IMG/VR virus record: IMGVR_UViG_2721755711_000002 | Strand: one strand, 5' to 3' | DNA length: 64,000 nt | DNA from: a virus | Taxonomy: Duplodnaviria; Heunggongvirae; Uroviricota; Caudoviricetes | Shown: in pieces, positions 1 to 10,104 of the stretch | Layout of the letters: each line of letters opens with the position of its first letter | Position numbering within the stretch: position 1 is the stretch's first letter | Made by a program: the position numbers and the translations under genes | Notes under the pieces: model-generated | What the model was told of the DNA's origin: nothing | Databases searched by the model: none | Seen by the model: the letters and a program-made list of their open reading frames with translations, nothing else

Positions 1-1206
1 GTGGAAGGGCGTCGTTCGTTTACCGAATTCATTCGTGAAGGGGTGGGTGTCCATACTTTTAATGGAGAAATTTTTGTCCAGCCTGTATGGGATGCGGAAT
101 CCACGTCATTATTCCGGACGAAATTCAAAACCATCAGCCCGAAGCGTGTCAGTACACCCGGTTATGGTACCGGCGATCGTTTTATGCGTGCCGGGGTGGA
201 AATAAACCGACACGGAAAAGCGCTGGCCTACCATGTTCAGGATGATGACTGGCCCGGCTACGGTGTCAGTAAATGGACACGAATTACGGCAACACTGCCT
301 TCCGGACGACCGGGAATGATCCATGTGTTTCAGCCACAGGAAGACGGGCAGACCCGCGGGGCCAACCAGTTTTATTCTGTAATGGAGCGTCTCAAGATGC
401 TCGACACACTGCAGGCCACGCAACTGCAGTCGGCGGTGGTTCGCGCCATGTATGCCGCCACGATTGAATCCACACTGGATTCGGAAAAAGCGTTTGAATA
501 TATCGCCGGGGTGGGAGATGGAGGTAAAAATCCCCTGAACACCATCATGAAAGGCTACGCGCGTTATTACGCCACCAATACGGTAAAACTGGGCGGGGTC
601 CGTATTCCGCATCTTTACCCGGGAGATTCACTGAATCTGCAGACAGCCCAGAATGCGGATAATGGTTTTTCTGAACTGGAAAAGGCGCTGTTACGTTACA
701 TTGCTGCCGGACTGGGTGTGTCGTATGAGCAGCTTTCCCGGGATTATTCACAGGTCAGTTATTCCAGTGCCAGGGCATCCGCCAATGAGTCGTGGCGGTA
801 TTTTATGGGAAAACGAAAATTTGTGGCCAGTCGCCTGGCGTCACAGATGTTTGCCTGCTGGCTGGAGGAAGCCCTTATTCGTGGTGTGATCCGTCCGCCG
901 AAATCCCGTTTCTCATTCTGGGAGGCTCGTTCCGGGTGGTGCCGTGCCGAGTGGATTGGTGCCGGTCGTATGGCGATTGATGGCCTTAAGGAAGTGCAGG
1001 AAGCGGTGATGCGCATTGAAGGCGGCCTGAGTACATACGAGAAAGAGCTGGCCCTGATGGGGGATGACTATCAGGAGATTTTCCGCCAGCAGCTACGGGA
1101 AACTCAGGAGCGACAGGCTGCCGGTCTTCCGCGTCCGGTCTGGATAAAGGACGCGTTTCAACAGCAGATCCGACAGACAACGGGAGAAAAAGGCGATGCG
1201 CTGTAA
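1..1206 (+). CDS. phage portal protein, lambda gpB-like (5' end cut by window edge)
   Basis: ORF open from base 1; sequence reads like the lambda B portal C-terminal region; followed by C, D, E homologues in lambda order. Confidence 0.8.
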   Translation: MEGRRSFTEFIREGVGVHTFNGEIFVQPVWDAESTSLFRTKFKTISPKRVSTPGYGTGDRFMRAGVEINRHGKALAYHVQDDDWPGYGVSKWTRITATLPSGRPGMIHVFQPQEDGQTRGANQFYSVMERLKMLDTLQATQLQSAVVRAMYAATIESTLDSEKAFEYIAGVGDGGKNPLNTIMKGYARYYATNTVKLGGVRIPHLYPGDSLNLQTAQNADNGFSELEKALLRYIAAGLGVSYEQLSRDYSQVSYSSARASANESWRYFMGKRKFVASRLASQMFACWLEEALIRGVIRPPKSRFSFWEARSGWCRAEWIGAGRMAIDGLKEVQEAVMRIEGGLSTYEKELALMGDDYQEIFRQQLRETQERQAAGLPRPVWIKDAFQQQIRQTTGEKGDAL

Positions 1207-2812
1207 TTTATCACATATTGCCGCGATGGCATTTAATGAGCCGCTTTTACTGGAACCCGCCTATGCGCGGGTTTTCTTTTGCGCACTGGGTAAGGAAATT
1301 GGGGCGGGCAGCCTTGCCGTTCCGCAGCAGGCCGTTCAGCTTGATGCCGATGGTATGCAGCTGGCGGTTACCGATTATATGACTGGTGGTCCGCGTCCGG
1401 TAAAGAGTTACCAGGTGAAAAATGGTATTGCCATTCTGCCGGTGAGCGGCACGCTGGTACATAAAATGGGCACCCTGCGGCCATATTCCGGTATGACCGG
1501 TTATGACGGTCTGACTGCCCGTCTTAAGTCAGCGGTGAACGACCCGGATGTACGCGGCATTTTACTGGATATCGACAGTCCGGGCGGTCAGGCTGCCGGG
1601 GCGTTTGACTGTGCTGACATGATTTACCGTCTGCGGGAACAGAAGCCCGTGTGGGCGCTGTGTAATGACATGGCCTGTTCAGCCGCCATGTTGCTGGCGG
1701 CGGCCTGTACGCGTCGGCTGGTCACGCAGACGGCAAAAATTGGTTCGATTGGTGTGATGATGGCGCACACCAGTTACGAGAAACAACTGGCACAGGAAGG
1801 CGTGGATATCACGCTGATTTACTCCGGGCAGCACAAGGTTGACGGCAACAGTATTCAGGCGTTGCCGACAGGTGTGCGTGCGGATTTTCAGCGCCGTATT
1901 GATGAGGCCCGCCGGATGTTTGTCGACAAGGTGGCACTTTATACGGGGCTGAGTTCAGCGGTGGTGATGAATACCGAGGCTGCCGTTTATGACGGTCAGG
2001 CAGGCATTGATACAGGCCTGGCTGATCAACTGATTAATGCTGCAGATGCCGTTGATGTAATGGTTTCTGCTCTGAACGACTCTGTTACACAGGAGAATAC
2101 GATGACAACAAAAAATCTCACCGTTGCTGAAGCGGTGTCCCAGGAAAATCAGCGCGTGATGGGGATCCTGAATTGTCAGGAGGCGAAAGGACGCGAAAAA
2201 CTGGCGCAGATGCTGGCAGGTCAGCAGGGAATGTCAGTTGAGCAGGCAAAAACATTACTGGCGGCAGCACCGGTTGCCGGTACTGACAGCACAGGCGATC
2301 AGATTGTGGCACTTCCGGAAGCAAAAGGACGTGAACAACTGGCACGGACGCTGGCTGAACAGCCGGGAATGACGGTGGAGCAGGCGAAAACGTTACTGGC
2401 AGCGGCACCGATTGCCGGTGCGGCAAGTACCGGCGAGCAGATTATGGCACTTCCGGAAGCAAAAGGGCGTGAACAACTCGCACAGGCGCTGGCTGAACAG
2501 CCGGGAATGACTGTGGAACAGGCGAAAATGCTACTGGCAGCGGCACCGGCAACCGGTACGGCAAGTACCGGCGATCAAATTATTGCGTTGCCGGAAGCAA
2601 AAGGACGCGAAAAACTGGCACAGGCGCTGGCCGAACAGCCGGGAATGACAGTGGAGCAGGCGAAAACACTGCTGGCAGCTGCGCCATCAGTATCGCAACC
2701 GTCACAGGTAACACTTTTTGAGCGCTTCATGGCACAGCATGCCGCCAGTGCCGTTTCCGGTGGCGGAACTGCCGGGAACGGGGAAGAAGAACTGCTGATG
2801 AGTATGCCGTAA
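1196..2812 (+). CDS. head maturation protease / scaffold fusion (S49 ClpP-like, lambda gpC-Nu3-like)
   Basis: 538 aa; N-terminal half resembles lambda C (S49 peptidase); C-terminal half is a repeat-rich scaffold-like domain; overlaps portal stop. Confidence 0.8.
   Translation: MRCNLSHIAAMAFNEPLLLEPAYARVFFCALGKEIGAGSLAVPQQAVQLDADGMQLAVTDYMTGGPRPVKSYQVKNGIAILPVSGTLVHKMGTLRPYSGMTGYDGLTARLKSAVNDPDVRGILLDIDSPGGQAAGAFDCADMIYRLREQKPVWALCNDMACSAAMLLAAACTRRLVTQTAKIGSIGVMMAHTSYEKQLAQEGVDITLIYSGQHKVDGNSIQALPTGVRADFQRRIDEARRMFVDKVALYTGLSSAVVMNTEAAVYDGQAGIDTGLADQLINAADAVDVMVSALNDSVTQENTMTTKNLTVAEAVSQENQRVMGILNCQEAKGREKLAQMLAGQQGMSVEQAKTLLAAAPVAGTDSTGDQIVALPEAKGREQLARTLAEQPGMTVEQAKTLLAAAPIAGAASTGEQIMALPEAKGREQLAQALAEQPGMTVEQAKMLLAAAPATGTASTGDQIIALPEAKGREKLAQALAEQPGMTVEQAKTLLAAAPSVSQPSQVTLFERFMAQHAASAVSGGGTAGNGEEELLMSMP
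2177..2700 (+). repeat. in-frame tandem repeat, 138-bp unit, about four copies, inside protease/scaffold gene
   Basis: CCGGAAGCAAAAGG motif recurs at 2315, 2453, 2591 (variant at 2177); protein repeat ALPEAKGREQLA..AEQPGMTVEQAKTLLAAAP. Confidence 0.85.
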
Positions 2813-2852
2813 GCGGGGATCCGTGATTCAGATAAATCAGGAGACTGAGAAA

Positions 2853-3188
2853 ATGATTAAAACCACCACAGAAAAGCGCGCGGACGGGCGCATTTTTGCC
2901 GGAAGCGATCCGGTGTATACCGCAACAGGTACCAGTGGTATCAGTGTTGCCACGCCTTCACTGACGCCACTGATGCTGGATGACGCCAGCGGAAAACTGG
3001 TGGCATGGGATGGTCAGAAAGCCGGAACGGCTGTGGGGGTGCTGGCACTGGCGCTGGCCGGGACCGAGCCCGTACTGACGTACTACAAAAGCGGTACGTT
3101 TGCCACCGAATCGCTGGTCTGGCCGGATTCGGTGGATGCGGTGAAAAAAGCCAACGCGTTTGTGGGAAGTGCCATCAGCCACGCCTGA
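2853..3188 (+). CDS. head decoration protein, lambda gpD-like
   Basis: about 111 aa after AGGAGA RBS; position between C and E; sequence recalls gpD family. Confidence 0.75.
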   Translation: MIKTTTEKRADGRIFAGSDPVYTATGTSGISVATPSLTPLMLDDASGKLVAWDGQKAGTAVGVLALALAGTEPVLTYYKSGTFATESLVWPDSVDAVKKANAFVGSAISHA

Positions 3189-3210
3189 TGGTGAAGTGAT
3201 TAACTGAAAA

Positions 3211-3243
3211 AAACGGGTCGTGATGCGGCCCGTTTGTGTTTTT
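3211..3243 (+). terminator. intrinsic terminator-like hairpin with T tract between D and E genes
   Basis: AAACGGGTCG-loop-CGGCCCGTTT followed by TGTGTTTTT. Confidence 0.45.
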
Positions 3244-3258
3244 AAAGGAAAGTCAATT

Positions 3259-4287
3259 ATGGGGTTATTTACCACGCGTCAGTTGCTCGGCTACACCGAG
3301 CAGAAAGTGAAATTCCGTGCGCTGTTTCTGGAGCTGTTTTTTCGTCGTACGGTCACTTTCCATACTCAGGAAGTGATGCTGGATAAAATCACCGGAAAAA
3401 CACCGGTTGCGGCATATGTGTCTCCGGTTGTGTCAGGTAAGGTACTGCGCAGTCGTGGTGGTGAAACCCGCGTGTTACGCCCCGGCTATGTTAAACCAAA
3501 ACACCGGCTGGATTATCAGCAGGCGGTGGAGCGTCTTCCGGGGGAAGATCCGGCCCGTCTTAATGACCCGGCCTACCGTCGCCTGCGTATTCTGACTGAC
3601 AACCTGAAACAGGAAGAGCAGGCGATTGTGCAGGTGGAAGAAATGCAGGCGGTCAGCGCTGTTCTGCAGGGTAAGTACACCATGAGCGGTGAACAGTTTG
3701 AGACGGTGGAAGTGGATTTTGGACGTTCTGCCGCCAATAACATTACGCAGGCAGGGGGACGCGAATGGTCAAAACAGAATGCTGACACCTTTGATCCGAC
3801 GCATGATCTGGATGCGTACTGCGATTTTGCTTCCGGTACCATCAATATTGCGATTATGGACGGTACTGTCTGGCGTATGCTGAACGGTTTTAAGCTGTTT
3901 CGTGAAAAACTGGATACCCGCCGTGGCTCAAAATCTGAACTGGAAACCGCGCTGAAAGATCTGGGTTCCGTGGTTTCTTTTAAAGGTTATTACGGTGATC
4001 TGGCCATCATGGTGGCGAAAACAACGTATGTTGATGAAAACGGGGATGAGCAGCGTTATCTGCCGGAAGGCACACTGATTCTTGGAAACACTCAGGTGGA
4101 GGGTGTCCGTTGTTATGGCGCAATCCAGGATAACCAGGCGCTGAGTGAAGGGATCACCTCTGCAATTCGTTATCCGAAACACTGGTTAGAGGTGGGGGAC
4201 CCGGGGTGCGAATATACCATGACGCAGTCTGCGCCGTTGATGGTGTTGCCGGATCCGGACGCGTTTGTGGTGGTTCAGGTGAAATAA
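3259..4287 (+). CDS. major capsid protein, lambda gpE-like
   Basis: starts MGLFTTRQLLGY; about 342 aa; recalls lambda E; ORF track start at 3220 probably too early. Confidence 0.85.
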   Translation: MGLFTTRQLLGYTEQKVKFRALFLELFFRRTVTFHTQEVMLDKITGKTPVAAYVSPVVSGKVLRSRGGETRVLRPGYVKPKHRLDYQQAVERLPGEDPARLNDPAYRRLRILTDNLKQEEQAIVQVEEMQAVSAVLQGKYTMSGEQFETVEVDFGRSAANNITQAGGREWSKQNADTFDPTHDLDAYCDFASGTINIAIMDGTVWRMLNGFKLFREKLDTRRGSKSELETALKDLGSVVSFKGYYGDLAIMVAKTTYVDENGDEQRYLPEGTLILGNTQVEGVRCYGAIQDNQALSEGITSAIRYPKHWLEVGDPGCEYTMTQSAPLMVLPDPDAFVVVQVK

Positions 4288-4337
4288 GGTCAGGCGGGAT
4301 ATTCCCGCCTTTTTCTTTATCGCACAGGAGAGATGTG

Positions 4338-4724
4338 ATGACAAAAGAAGAAATAACAGCGCGTCTTCAGGAGCTGGCGGCAGTACTCGGGCGCGATGCC
4401 GATATTTCAGGCTCTAAAGCTGATCTTGAACAGCGCCTGGCGGAATGGGAAGAGGAGGCCGCCGGATTCGATGGGGAAGGGACAGAACAGGATGATGTGC
4501 ATGATGAACAGCGTGATGCATCCGGAGGGGATGCCAGTAATGAGATGTATTCTGAGCGGGGACTCGTTCGGGTGCGCATGCTGAAAACGGCACATATGCC
4601 GTCCCGTGATGCGGTGACGGGCAAAATGTTGATGTTCGCCCTGGCCTCCAGTGTTGTGCTGGTTAATGAAGCCACAGTTCCTGCGTTGCTGGCGGACGGT
4701 CTGGCAGAAAAAATCCGGGAGTGA
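4338..4724 (+). CDS. DNA packaging protein FI-like
   Basis: MTKEEITARLQEL start after CAGGAGAG RBS; recalls lambda FI N-terminus; acidic middle. Confidence 0.6.
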   Translation: MTKEEITARLQELAAVLGRDADISGSKADLEQRLAEWEEEAAGFDGEGTEQDDVHDEQRDASGGDASNEMYSERGLVRVRMLKTAHMPSRDAVTGKMLMFALASSVVLVNEATVPALLADGLAEKIRE

Positions 4725-5128
4725 TGATGTCCGATAATCTGTTCGATCAGGCCATGAGTGATGCGGATGACATCATCCTGGATACGATGGGGACGGAAAT
4801 CAGCATATATCCGGGCGGCACGGAAAGAAAAATCCGTGCTGTTTTTGATGCCCCGGCAGATAACACCGGGATGAACACTGGCAGCGGCGAAATTCGTGAT
4901 ACTGCACCGGTGTTATTTACCCGGAGCGCATGGGTTGCCGGACTGAAAAAATATGACAGGGTCATGATCCACGGCGAACCCTACCAGGTGGTCGATCCTG
5001 GCTGGGATGAGTCAGGCACTGCGGGTCATGGTGTGATTACCATTACTCTTGCGCGGGGAGAACCCGGAAGAAGTACACCCGCCGCCCCTGTCCGACCGAG
5101 TAAACGTTATGACAGTCAGAGAGCATGA
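4721..5128 (+). CDS. head-tail joining protein FII-like
   Basis: MMMSDNLFDQAMSDADD recalls lambda FII MADFDNLFDAAI; ATGA overlap with FI stop. Confidence 0.6.
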   Translation: MMMSDNLFDQAMSDADDIILDTMGTEISIYPGGTERKIRAVFDAPADNTGMNTGSGEIRDTAPVLFTRSAWVAGLKKYDRVMIHGEPYQVVDPGWDESGTAGHGVITITLARGEPGRSTPAAPVRPSKRYDSQRA

Positions 5129-5831
5129 ACGAAGCACTGTCCGGCAGCGACGGCTGGCACGAAACCTCGTCGTCGATATTGACGAGGATGATGTGCTGAA
5201 AATTATCGCTAAACTGGGTGGTTCAAAAAGCCAGATCCGTAAAGCCTGGGGCGTGGCGCTGAAAAGAGCCGCGTCCGCACTGCGGATGAAGGCCATGGCA
5301 GAGTTTAAAAAACAGGTTGCGCCACGCAGCCAGAAAATGATCAAAAAACGTGTCCTGAATGCTTTTATCATTCGTCGAAATGGCGATGAGTTTGATGAGG
5401 TAAAGGTGTGGTTCGGCCTGAACGCCATCAAAGTGCGTGATCTGCGCGGACGCATCAGTGGGGGGCGACGCGGTGAACGCCATCAGCTGCGTGATGAACG
5501 GGGGCGTTTTGCACCGGCTTCCCGTCGCAGGAAAGCGCCGGAGATACGTTTTAAGCCCGCCGGGGAGGCAATACCGGTCACCACCTGGTCAGGTGACGAG
5601 GCTTTTGTTAATGAGTTTGAGTCTGAAAACCGGCGCGGACGCATTTCACGACGTAAGACGGTACTGGTCCGGCAGGCATCCGGACGACGAAGGGTGCGCG
5701 AAGCGGAAATTGATATTTATGAAGCCATGCTGAACCGTATAGAGGATTTTGTTTTCCCTGATGCGGAAGCACTGATCCTGAAAAATTTTGAGCATGAACT
5801 GAAATTCCGGGTATTTAAGGGGATGGAATGA
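5109..5831 (+). CDS. hypothetical virion protein (head-tail connector or tail completion position)
   Basis: about 240 aa basic protein between FII-like and baseplate V genes; no family recognised. Confidence 0.4.
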   Translation: MTVREHERSTVRQRRLARNLVVDIDEDDVLKIIAKLGGSKSQIRKAWGVALKRAASALRMKAMAEFKKQVAPRSQKMIKKRVLNAFIIRRNGDEFDEVKVWFGLNAIKVRDLRGRISGGRRGERHQLRDERGRFAPASRRRKAPEIRFKPAGEAIPVTTWSGDEAFVNEFESENRRGRISRRKTVLVRQASGRRRVREAEIDIYEAMLNRIEDFVFPDAEALILKNFEHELKFRVFKGME

Positions 5832-6394
5832 TGGAACCATTGATGATGGGAACCTGGCATCAGGCAGTGATTGACAGTCTGAAACAAATTCCCTGGGTGG
5901 AAGATGCCGATGAGTACCCGGAAAAAGTGACGCAACTGGTGACGCCTGCCGTGTTTGTGGATGTACCCGGCTGGGACAAGGCTCAGTTTGCCGACGGGCA
6001 GACACGGGTCACGCTGAAATGCGATCTGTTTGTGGTGACTGATCGGGCCGGAAAGACGGAAAACGTGCCAAAACCGCAGATATTTGCCCGCTGTCTGGCA
6101 ATGGATTTATCTGACTGGATTGATGGAGCCACGTTCGGGCTGGATAACGTTGATCCGGCGGTTTTTATTGATGCTGAGGTGGATACCTTCGACCGACTGC
6201 TGGACGACTACATCGTTTTCCGTGTCTCTTTTGAACAGGACATTCCGGTCGGCGAAGATCCGTTTGCGGCTCCGGCAGGTGTGCCGTTACAGGAAGTCTG
6301 GCTGGGTAAAGTACCGGAAACCGGTAAAAAGCATGTGCAGGATTATCGTCTTATCTGGAAAGCGGAGGGCACCGGCGATGAGTCTGGCGGATGA
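5828..6394 (+). CDS. hypothetical tail protein
   Basis: 188-aa ORF, ATGA overlap with upstream gene, inside structural operon. Confidence 0.4.
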   Translation: MMEPLMMGTWHQAVIDSLKQIPWVEDADEYPEKVTQLVTPAVFVDVPGWDKAQFADGQTRVTLKCDLFVVTDRAGKTENVPKPQIFARCLAMDLSDWIDGATFGLDNVDPAVFIDAEVDTFDRLLDDYIVFRVSFEQDIPVGEDPFAAPAGVPLQEVWLGKVPETGKKHVQDYRLIWKAEGTGDESGG

Positions 6395-7001
6395 AGTGGC
6401 AGAGTTACGCCGCAGGGTGGCGGACATGATCCGTCGCGGCGTGGTGGAAGAGGTGATCCCGGGTAACCCGGTGATGGTTCGGGTGGATATCGGAGATGTG
6501 CTTTCGCCGCCGTTGCCCTGGATTCAGATGCAGTCCGGGCGTTACATGCAGGTCAGTAATTACCCGGCACCAGGAGATGCGGTCACGGTGATATCGGAGG
6601 CGGGCGATCTGCGTAACGGTCGTGTGTATCCAGGGGCGAATATTGACGCCATTCCTGTACCGGCGGGCAGTGAACACGAGCATGTTATTTTGTTTGATAC
6701 CGGAACGGAAATCCGTTACGACCGTAAAGCCAATGCCCTGTCCATCACGCTGGCTGAAGGCGGCAGCTATAAAATCACCGGCAGGGGAACGCTGGACGGT
6801 CCGGTGGAAATCACGGATACCCTGACTGTGCAGGGAGAAACGAAGATTAATGCCGATACGCAGGTTCTGGGCAATATCGGTGCCTCACAGGAGATCACCG
6901 ATAAAACCGGCAGCATGAGTAAAATTCGCGAAATTTATAATACTCATGATCACCCTGGCGACAGCGGGGGAACCACCCGTAAACCTAACCAGGAAATGTG
7001 A
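6378..7001 (+). CDS. baseplate assembly protein V (spike), P2 gpV-like
   Basis: ATG at 6378 after GGAGGG; C-terminal HDHPGDSGGTT matches the P2 V family HKHPGDSGGTT motif. Confidence 0.75.
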   Translation: MSLADEVAELRRRVADMIRRGVVEEVIPGNPVMVRVDIGDVLSPPLPWIQMQSGRYMQVSNYPAPGDAVTVISEAGDLRNGRVYPGANIDAIPVPAGSEHEHVILFDTGTEIRYDRKANALSITLAEGGSYKITGRGTLDGPVEITDTLTVQGETKINADTQVLGNIGASQEITDKTGSMSKIREIYNTHDHPGDSGGTTRKPNQEM

Positions 7002-7035
7002 ACGCCGCACCGGCGTTTTTTTTCGGAAAAATTTC

Positions 7036-7392
7036 ATGATTGGTATTGATTCCGCCACCGGCAGATATCTGCACGGTAACGAACATCTGCGTCAGTCCGT
7101 CACCGATATTTTGTCAACACCAGTCGGCAGCCGGGTACTTCTCAGGGAATACGGCAGCAGGCTGTTCAGTCTGCTTGATAACCCGCAGGATGATTTCACA
7201 CGGGTGAGGATTGTCCGTGAGACGGTTACCGCTCTTGAACGCTGGGAACCGAGACTGACGATCCGCCGTGTGGAGGTGAGCTTCGGCGGTGAGGGAAATG
7301 TCATGTTGACGCTTTTGGGCGTGAATAACGAAACACAGGAAACAATTCGTCTGGAGGAAATCAGAATTGACAACGTCTCAGGCCATTATTGA
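7036..7392 (+). CDS. baseplate wedge protein W (gp25-like)
   Basis: about 118 aa, MIGIDSATGRY start; size and position between V and J as in P2. Confidence 0.7.
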   Translation: MIGIDSATGRYLHGNEHLRQSVTDILSTPVGSRVLLREYGSRLFSLLDNPQDDFTRVRIVRETVTALERWEPRLTIRRVEVSFGGEGNVMLTLLGVNNETQETIRLEEIRIDNVSGHY

Positions 7393-8281
7393 TTTGTCCG
7401 CGATACCTGTACCGGATGCGGTGGAGGTGCCGGACACCGCTGTGCTGGTCACTCAGATAGTGGCGAAATATCAGGAACTGGACACGTTGTTTTCGGCCCT
7501 GGTGGAATCAGATCCGGCGTATAAATGGGCGGAGGCGCTTGCTTTTCGGGTGGCGCTGATGCGCCAGCAGGTCAATGATGCAGTCCGGGCTGTACTGCTT
7601 GCCAGTGCCCGCAGGAACGATCTGGATCAGATTGGTGCGAATTTTCAGGTGCAACGTCTGGTGATTACTCCGGCAGATGACAGCACTATCCCGCCCACAC
7701 CGGCGGTGTATGAAGGGGATGATGCCTTTCGTGAGCGTATTCAGTTGTCGTGGGCGCGACTCAGTACAGCCGGTGCGAAAAATGCTTACCATTATTTTGC
7801 ACAGAGTGCTGATCCTGATGTGCTGGATGTGAAAGCCTACGGGCCGGAAACGCATTCACAGGAAGGGCGTGTTTTTCTTTATGTGTTATCGCGAACCGGA
7901 AACGGTACGGCATCGCAACCCCTGCTGGATAAGGTGGCAGCGTCAGTCAATGATGATGAAATTCGACCTCTGACGGATTTTGTCAGTGTCCGTGCGGCAG
8001 AAATTATTCCCTACGATGTGGTTGCAGATATTCATATTCCCTACGGGCTGGATGGTGAACTGGTGATGAAAAATGCCCGTCAGGCGCTGCAGACATACAC
8101 TGACAGTGTTCACCGGATTGGTTCTGTGGCGTCCTGCTCCGGTATGGACGGAGCCCTGCATCAGACGGGGGTGATTACGGTGGCACTGAAATCGCCGGCC
8201 AGTGATATTGTTCCGGCGATGGGACAGGCTCCATGGTGTCGCTCAGTCACACTGAACAAGGTGGAGGCAACCGATGAATGA
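7367..8281 (+). CDS. baseplate assembly protein J
   Basis: 304 aa; P2 J-like order and sequence character. Confidence 0.75.
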   Translation: MTTSQAIIDLSAIPVPDAVEVPDTAVLVTQIVAKYQELDTLFSALVESDPAYKWAEALAFRVALMRQQVNDAVRAVLLASARRNDLDQIGANFQVQRLVITPADDSTIPPTPAVYEGDDAFRERIQLSWARLSTAGAKNAYHYFAQSADPDVLDVKAYGPETHSQEGRVFLYVLSRTGNGTASQPLLDKVAASVNDDEIRPLTDFVSVRAAEIIPYDVVADIHIPYGLDGELVMKNARQALQTYTDSVHRIGSVASCSGMDGALHQTGVITVALKSPASDIVPAMGQAPWCRSVTLNKVEATDE

Positions 8282-8855
8282 CATCATCAGAAGCATACTT
8301 CCTGTCAGCGCCAGCCGGGCAGAGCGGGTGGTGGACAGTACCGCCGGTGATATGCTGGCGGAAATCGCGGTCTGTCTGATCCGCTATGTAAAAAATCCCG
8401 ATTTATGTCCGACGGAATTGCTGCCATGGCTGGCCTGGGAAATGTCGGTGGACACCTGGAATGAACACTGGACGGAGGCGGAAAAAAGAGCGGCGATAAA
8501 ACGTGCCGCTTATATCCATCGTCACCGGGGAACAAAAGCCGCCCTGAACGAATCACTGACAGACAGCCCGTTCCGGTCACAGATTGTGGAGTGGTATGAG
8601 CAGACGCCACCAGGTGAACCCTATACCTTCCGGTTGAATGTGGAGCAGAAGGATTTACCGGTACAGATGAATGACTATCAGGATCTGAAGCATGCGGTGC
8701 TCCGTGCCAAAAATCTGCGCAGCTGGTTCAGTGTTCATCTTTACGGAAACAGCAGGGGGCGTGTTTTTGGTTACGGTTATGTGATGGCAACAGAAAAAGT
8801 CAGTGGTATCAGTGCTGATGATACCCGGGGTATCCGGGATGAGTGGGTGGAGTGA
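8274..8855 (+). CDS. tail protein I
   Basis: 193 aa following J with overlapping stop/start. Confidence 0.7.
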   Translation: MNDIIRSILPVSASRAERVVDSTAGDMLAEIAVCLIRYVKNPDLCPTELLPWLAWEMSVDTWNEHWTEAEKRAAIKRAAYIHRHRGTKAALNESLTDSPFRSQIVEWYEQTPPGEPYTFRLNVEQKDLPVQMNDYQDLKHAVLRAKNLRSWFSVHLYGNSRGRVFGYGYVMATEKVSGISADDTRGIRDEWVE

Positions 8856-8858
8856 GTT

Positions 8859-10091
8859 GTGGGTATGCATGGACTAGTTTTGACAACAGCCGGGGCAGCC
8901 GAAATTGAAGCTGCATATCATGCCGGTGAGGTGGTGACCATCAGTCAGGTGATGATTGGTGACGGGGGCGGGAAAACACTGCCCTCAACGCCGGATGAGA
9001 TGGCGGCGATGGTCATGTTGTGTGGTGAGTTTGGTCGGGAGCCCTTTTCAGGCGGCGTGGTGGACGAAGGTTTTATCAGCGGGGATATTGTCATTGACTG
9101 TCAGTCATACCCGGGTAAGACCCTGCGCGAGCTGGGAATGGTGAGTCATCGTGGTACGCTGATTGCGTATGGTCGTTATCCGGATACGTATTTACCGGCA
9201 CAGACGGATTCCGTTATCAAGGAGGTGATACTGACACTGGTTCTTGCGCTTACACATACACAGAGTGTAACGCTGAATGTTGATCCGCACAGGGCGATTA
9301 TCACGCAGGAGGCCGGAGATAAACGATATCTGCGTATCAGTGAAAATCTTGCTGATGTGAAAGACAGGGATGAGGCTGTTGAAAACCTCGGATTAAAACC
9401 TACGGTGGACAAGGCAAAAAATGCCGTTCAGCGTGATGGCGACACCATGACAGGAAAGCTGACGCTGCCCCAGACCTCCGGATTTGGTGTTAACACTGAC
9501 AATGCCCTGGGCGGTAACTCAATTGCTCTCGGAGATAACGATACCGGTATAAAGCAAAACGGCGACGGCATTCTGGATGTTTATGCGAATGGTCAGCATG
9601 TATTTCGTTTTCAGAATGGCGTGGCGATGGCGTTAAAAAATATTCAGGCCGGAAATGGCAGAATGTTTACGCTATCCAGTTCTGACAGTTCCACGAAGAA
9701 CGTAGGGTTTAATTTATGGGGCAATCCATCCAGACCTGTAGTTGCAGAACTTGGTGATGATTCCGGCTGGCATTTCTACAGTCAGAGAAATACAGACGGT
9801 AGCGTCACATTCGCTGTAAACGGACAGATGACCCCATCAAACTACGCAAATTTTGATGCCCGCTATCAGACAAAAACAGGTGGCGTGCAGAATTTTCAGT
9901 ACACCAGTGAGGTGTTTTACAACCCGGGAGGGAACGAACTCAGCTGGACGTTCCGCGCACCGTCTGGTTGTACCCTGTCCGGTATTCTGGTTCAGGATAC
10001 CGGCAGAAACTCTGCGGATAATATCGGTGGTGTGTATTACAAACAGGCCCAGATTTATATAAATGGCGCATGGCGCTCAGTATCAGGTTAA
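8859..10091 (+). CDS. tail fibre protein, P2 gpH-like
   Basis: N-terminus TTAGAAE..VMIGDGGGK and C-terminal GDNDTGIKQNGDGILDVYAN..FRFQNGVA block recall P2 H. Confidence 0.8.
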   Translation: MGMHGLVLTTAGAAEIEAAYHAGEVVTISQVMIGDGGGKTLPSTPDEMAAMVMLCGEFGREPFSGGVVDEGFISGDIVIDCQSYPGKTLRELGMVSHRGTLIAYGRYPDTYLPAQTDSVIKEVILTLVLALTHTQSVTLNVDPHRAIITQEAGDKRYLRISENLADVKDRDEAVENLGLKPTVDKAKNAVQRDGDTMTGKLTLPQTSGFGVNTDNALGGNSIALGDNDTGIKQNGDGILDVYANGQHVFRFQNGVAMALKNIQAGNGRMFTLSSSDSSTKNVGFNLWGNPSRPVVAELGDDSGWHFYSQRNTDGSVTFAVNGQMTPSNYANFDARYQTKTGGVQNFQYTSEVFYNPGGNELSWTFRAPSGCTLSGILVQDTGRNSADNIGGVYYKQAQIYINGAWRSVSG

Positions 10092-10104
10092 TTAAGGAAA
10101 AATA

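Noticed and set aside
109-1180. Several short ORFs on both strands within the portal gene
   Set aside because: Overlap a well-supported long CDS; no independent signals.
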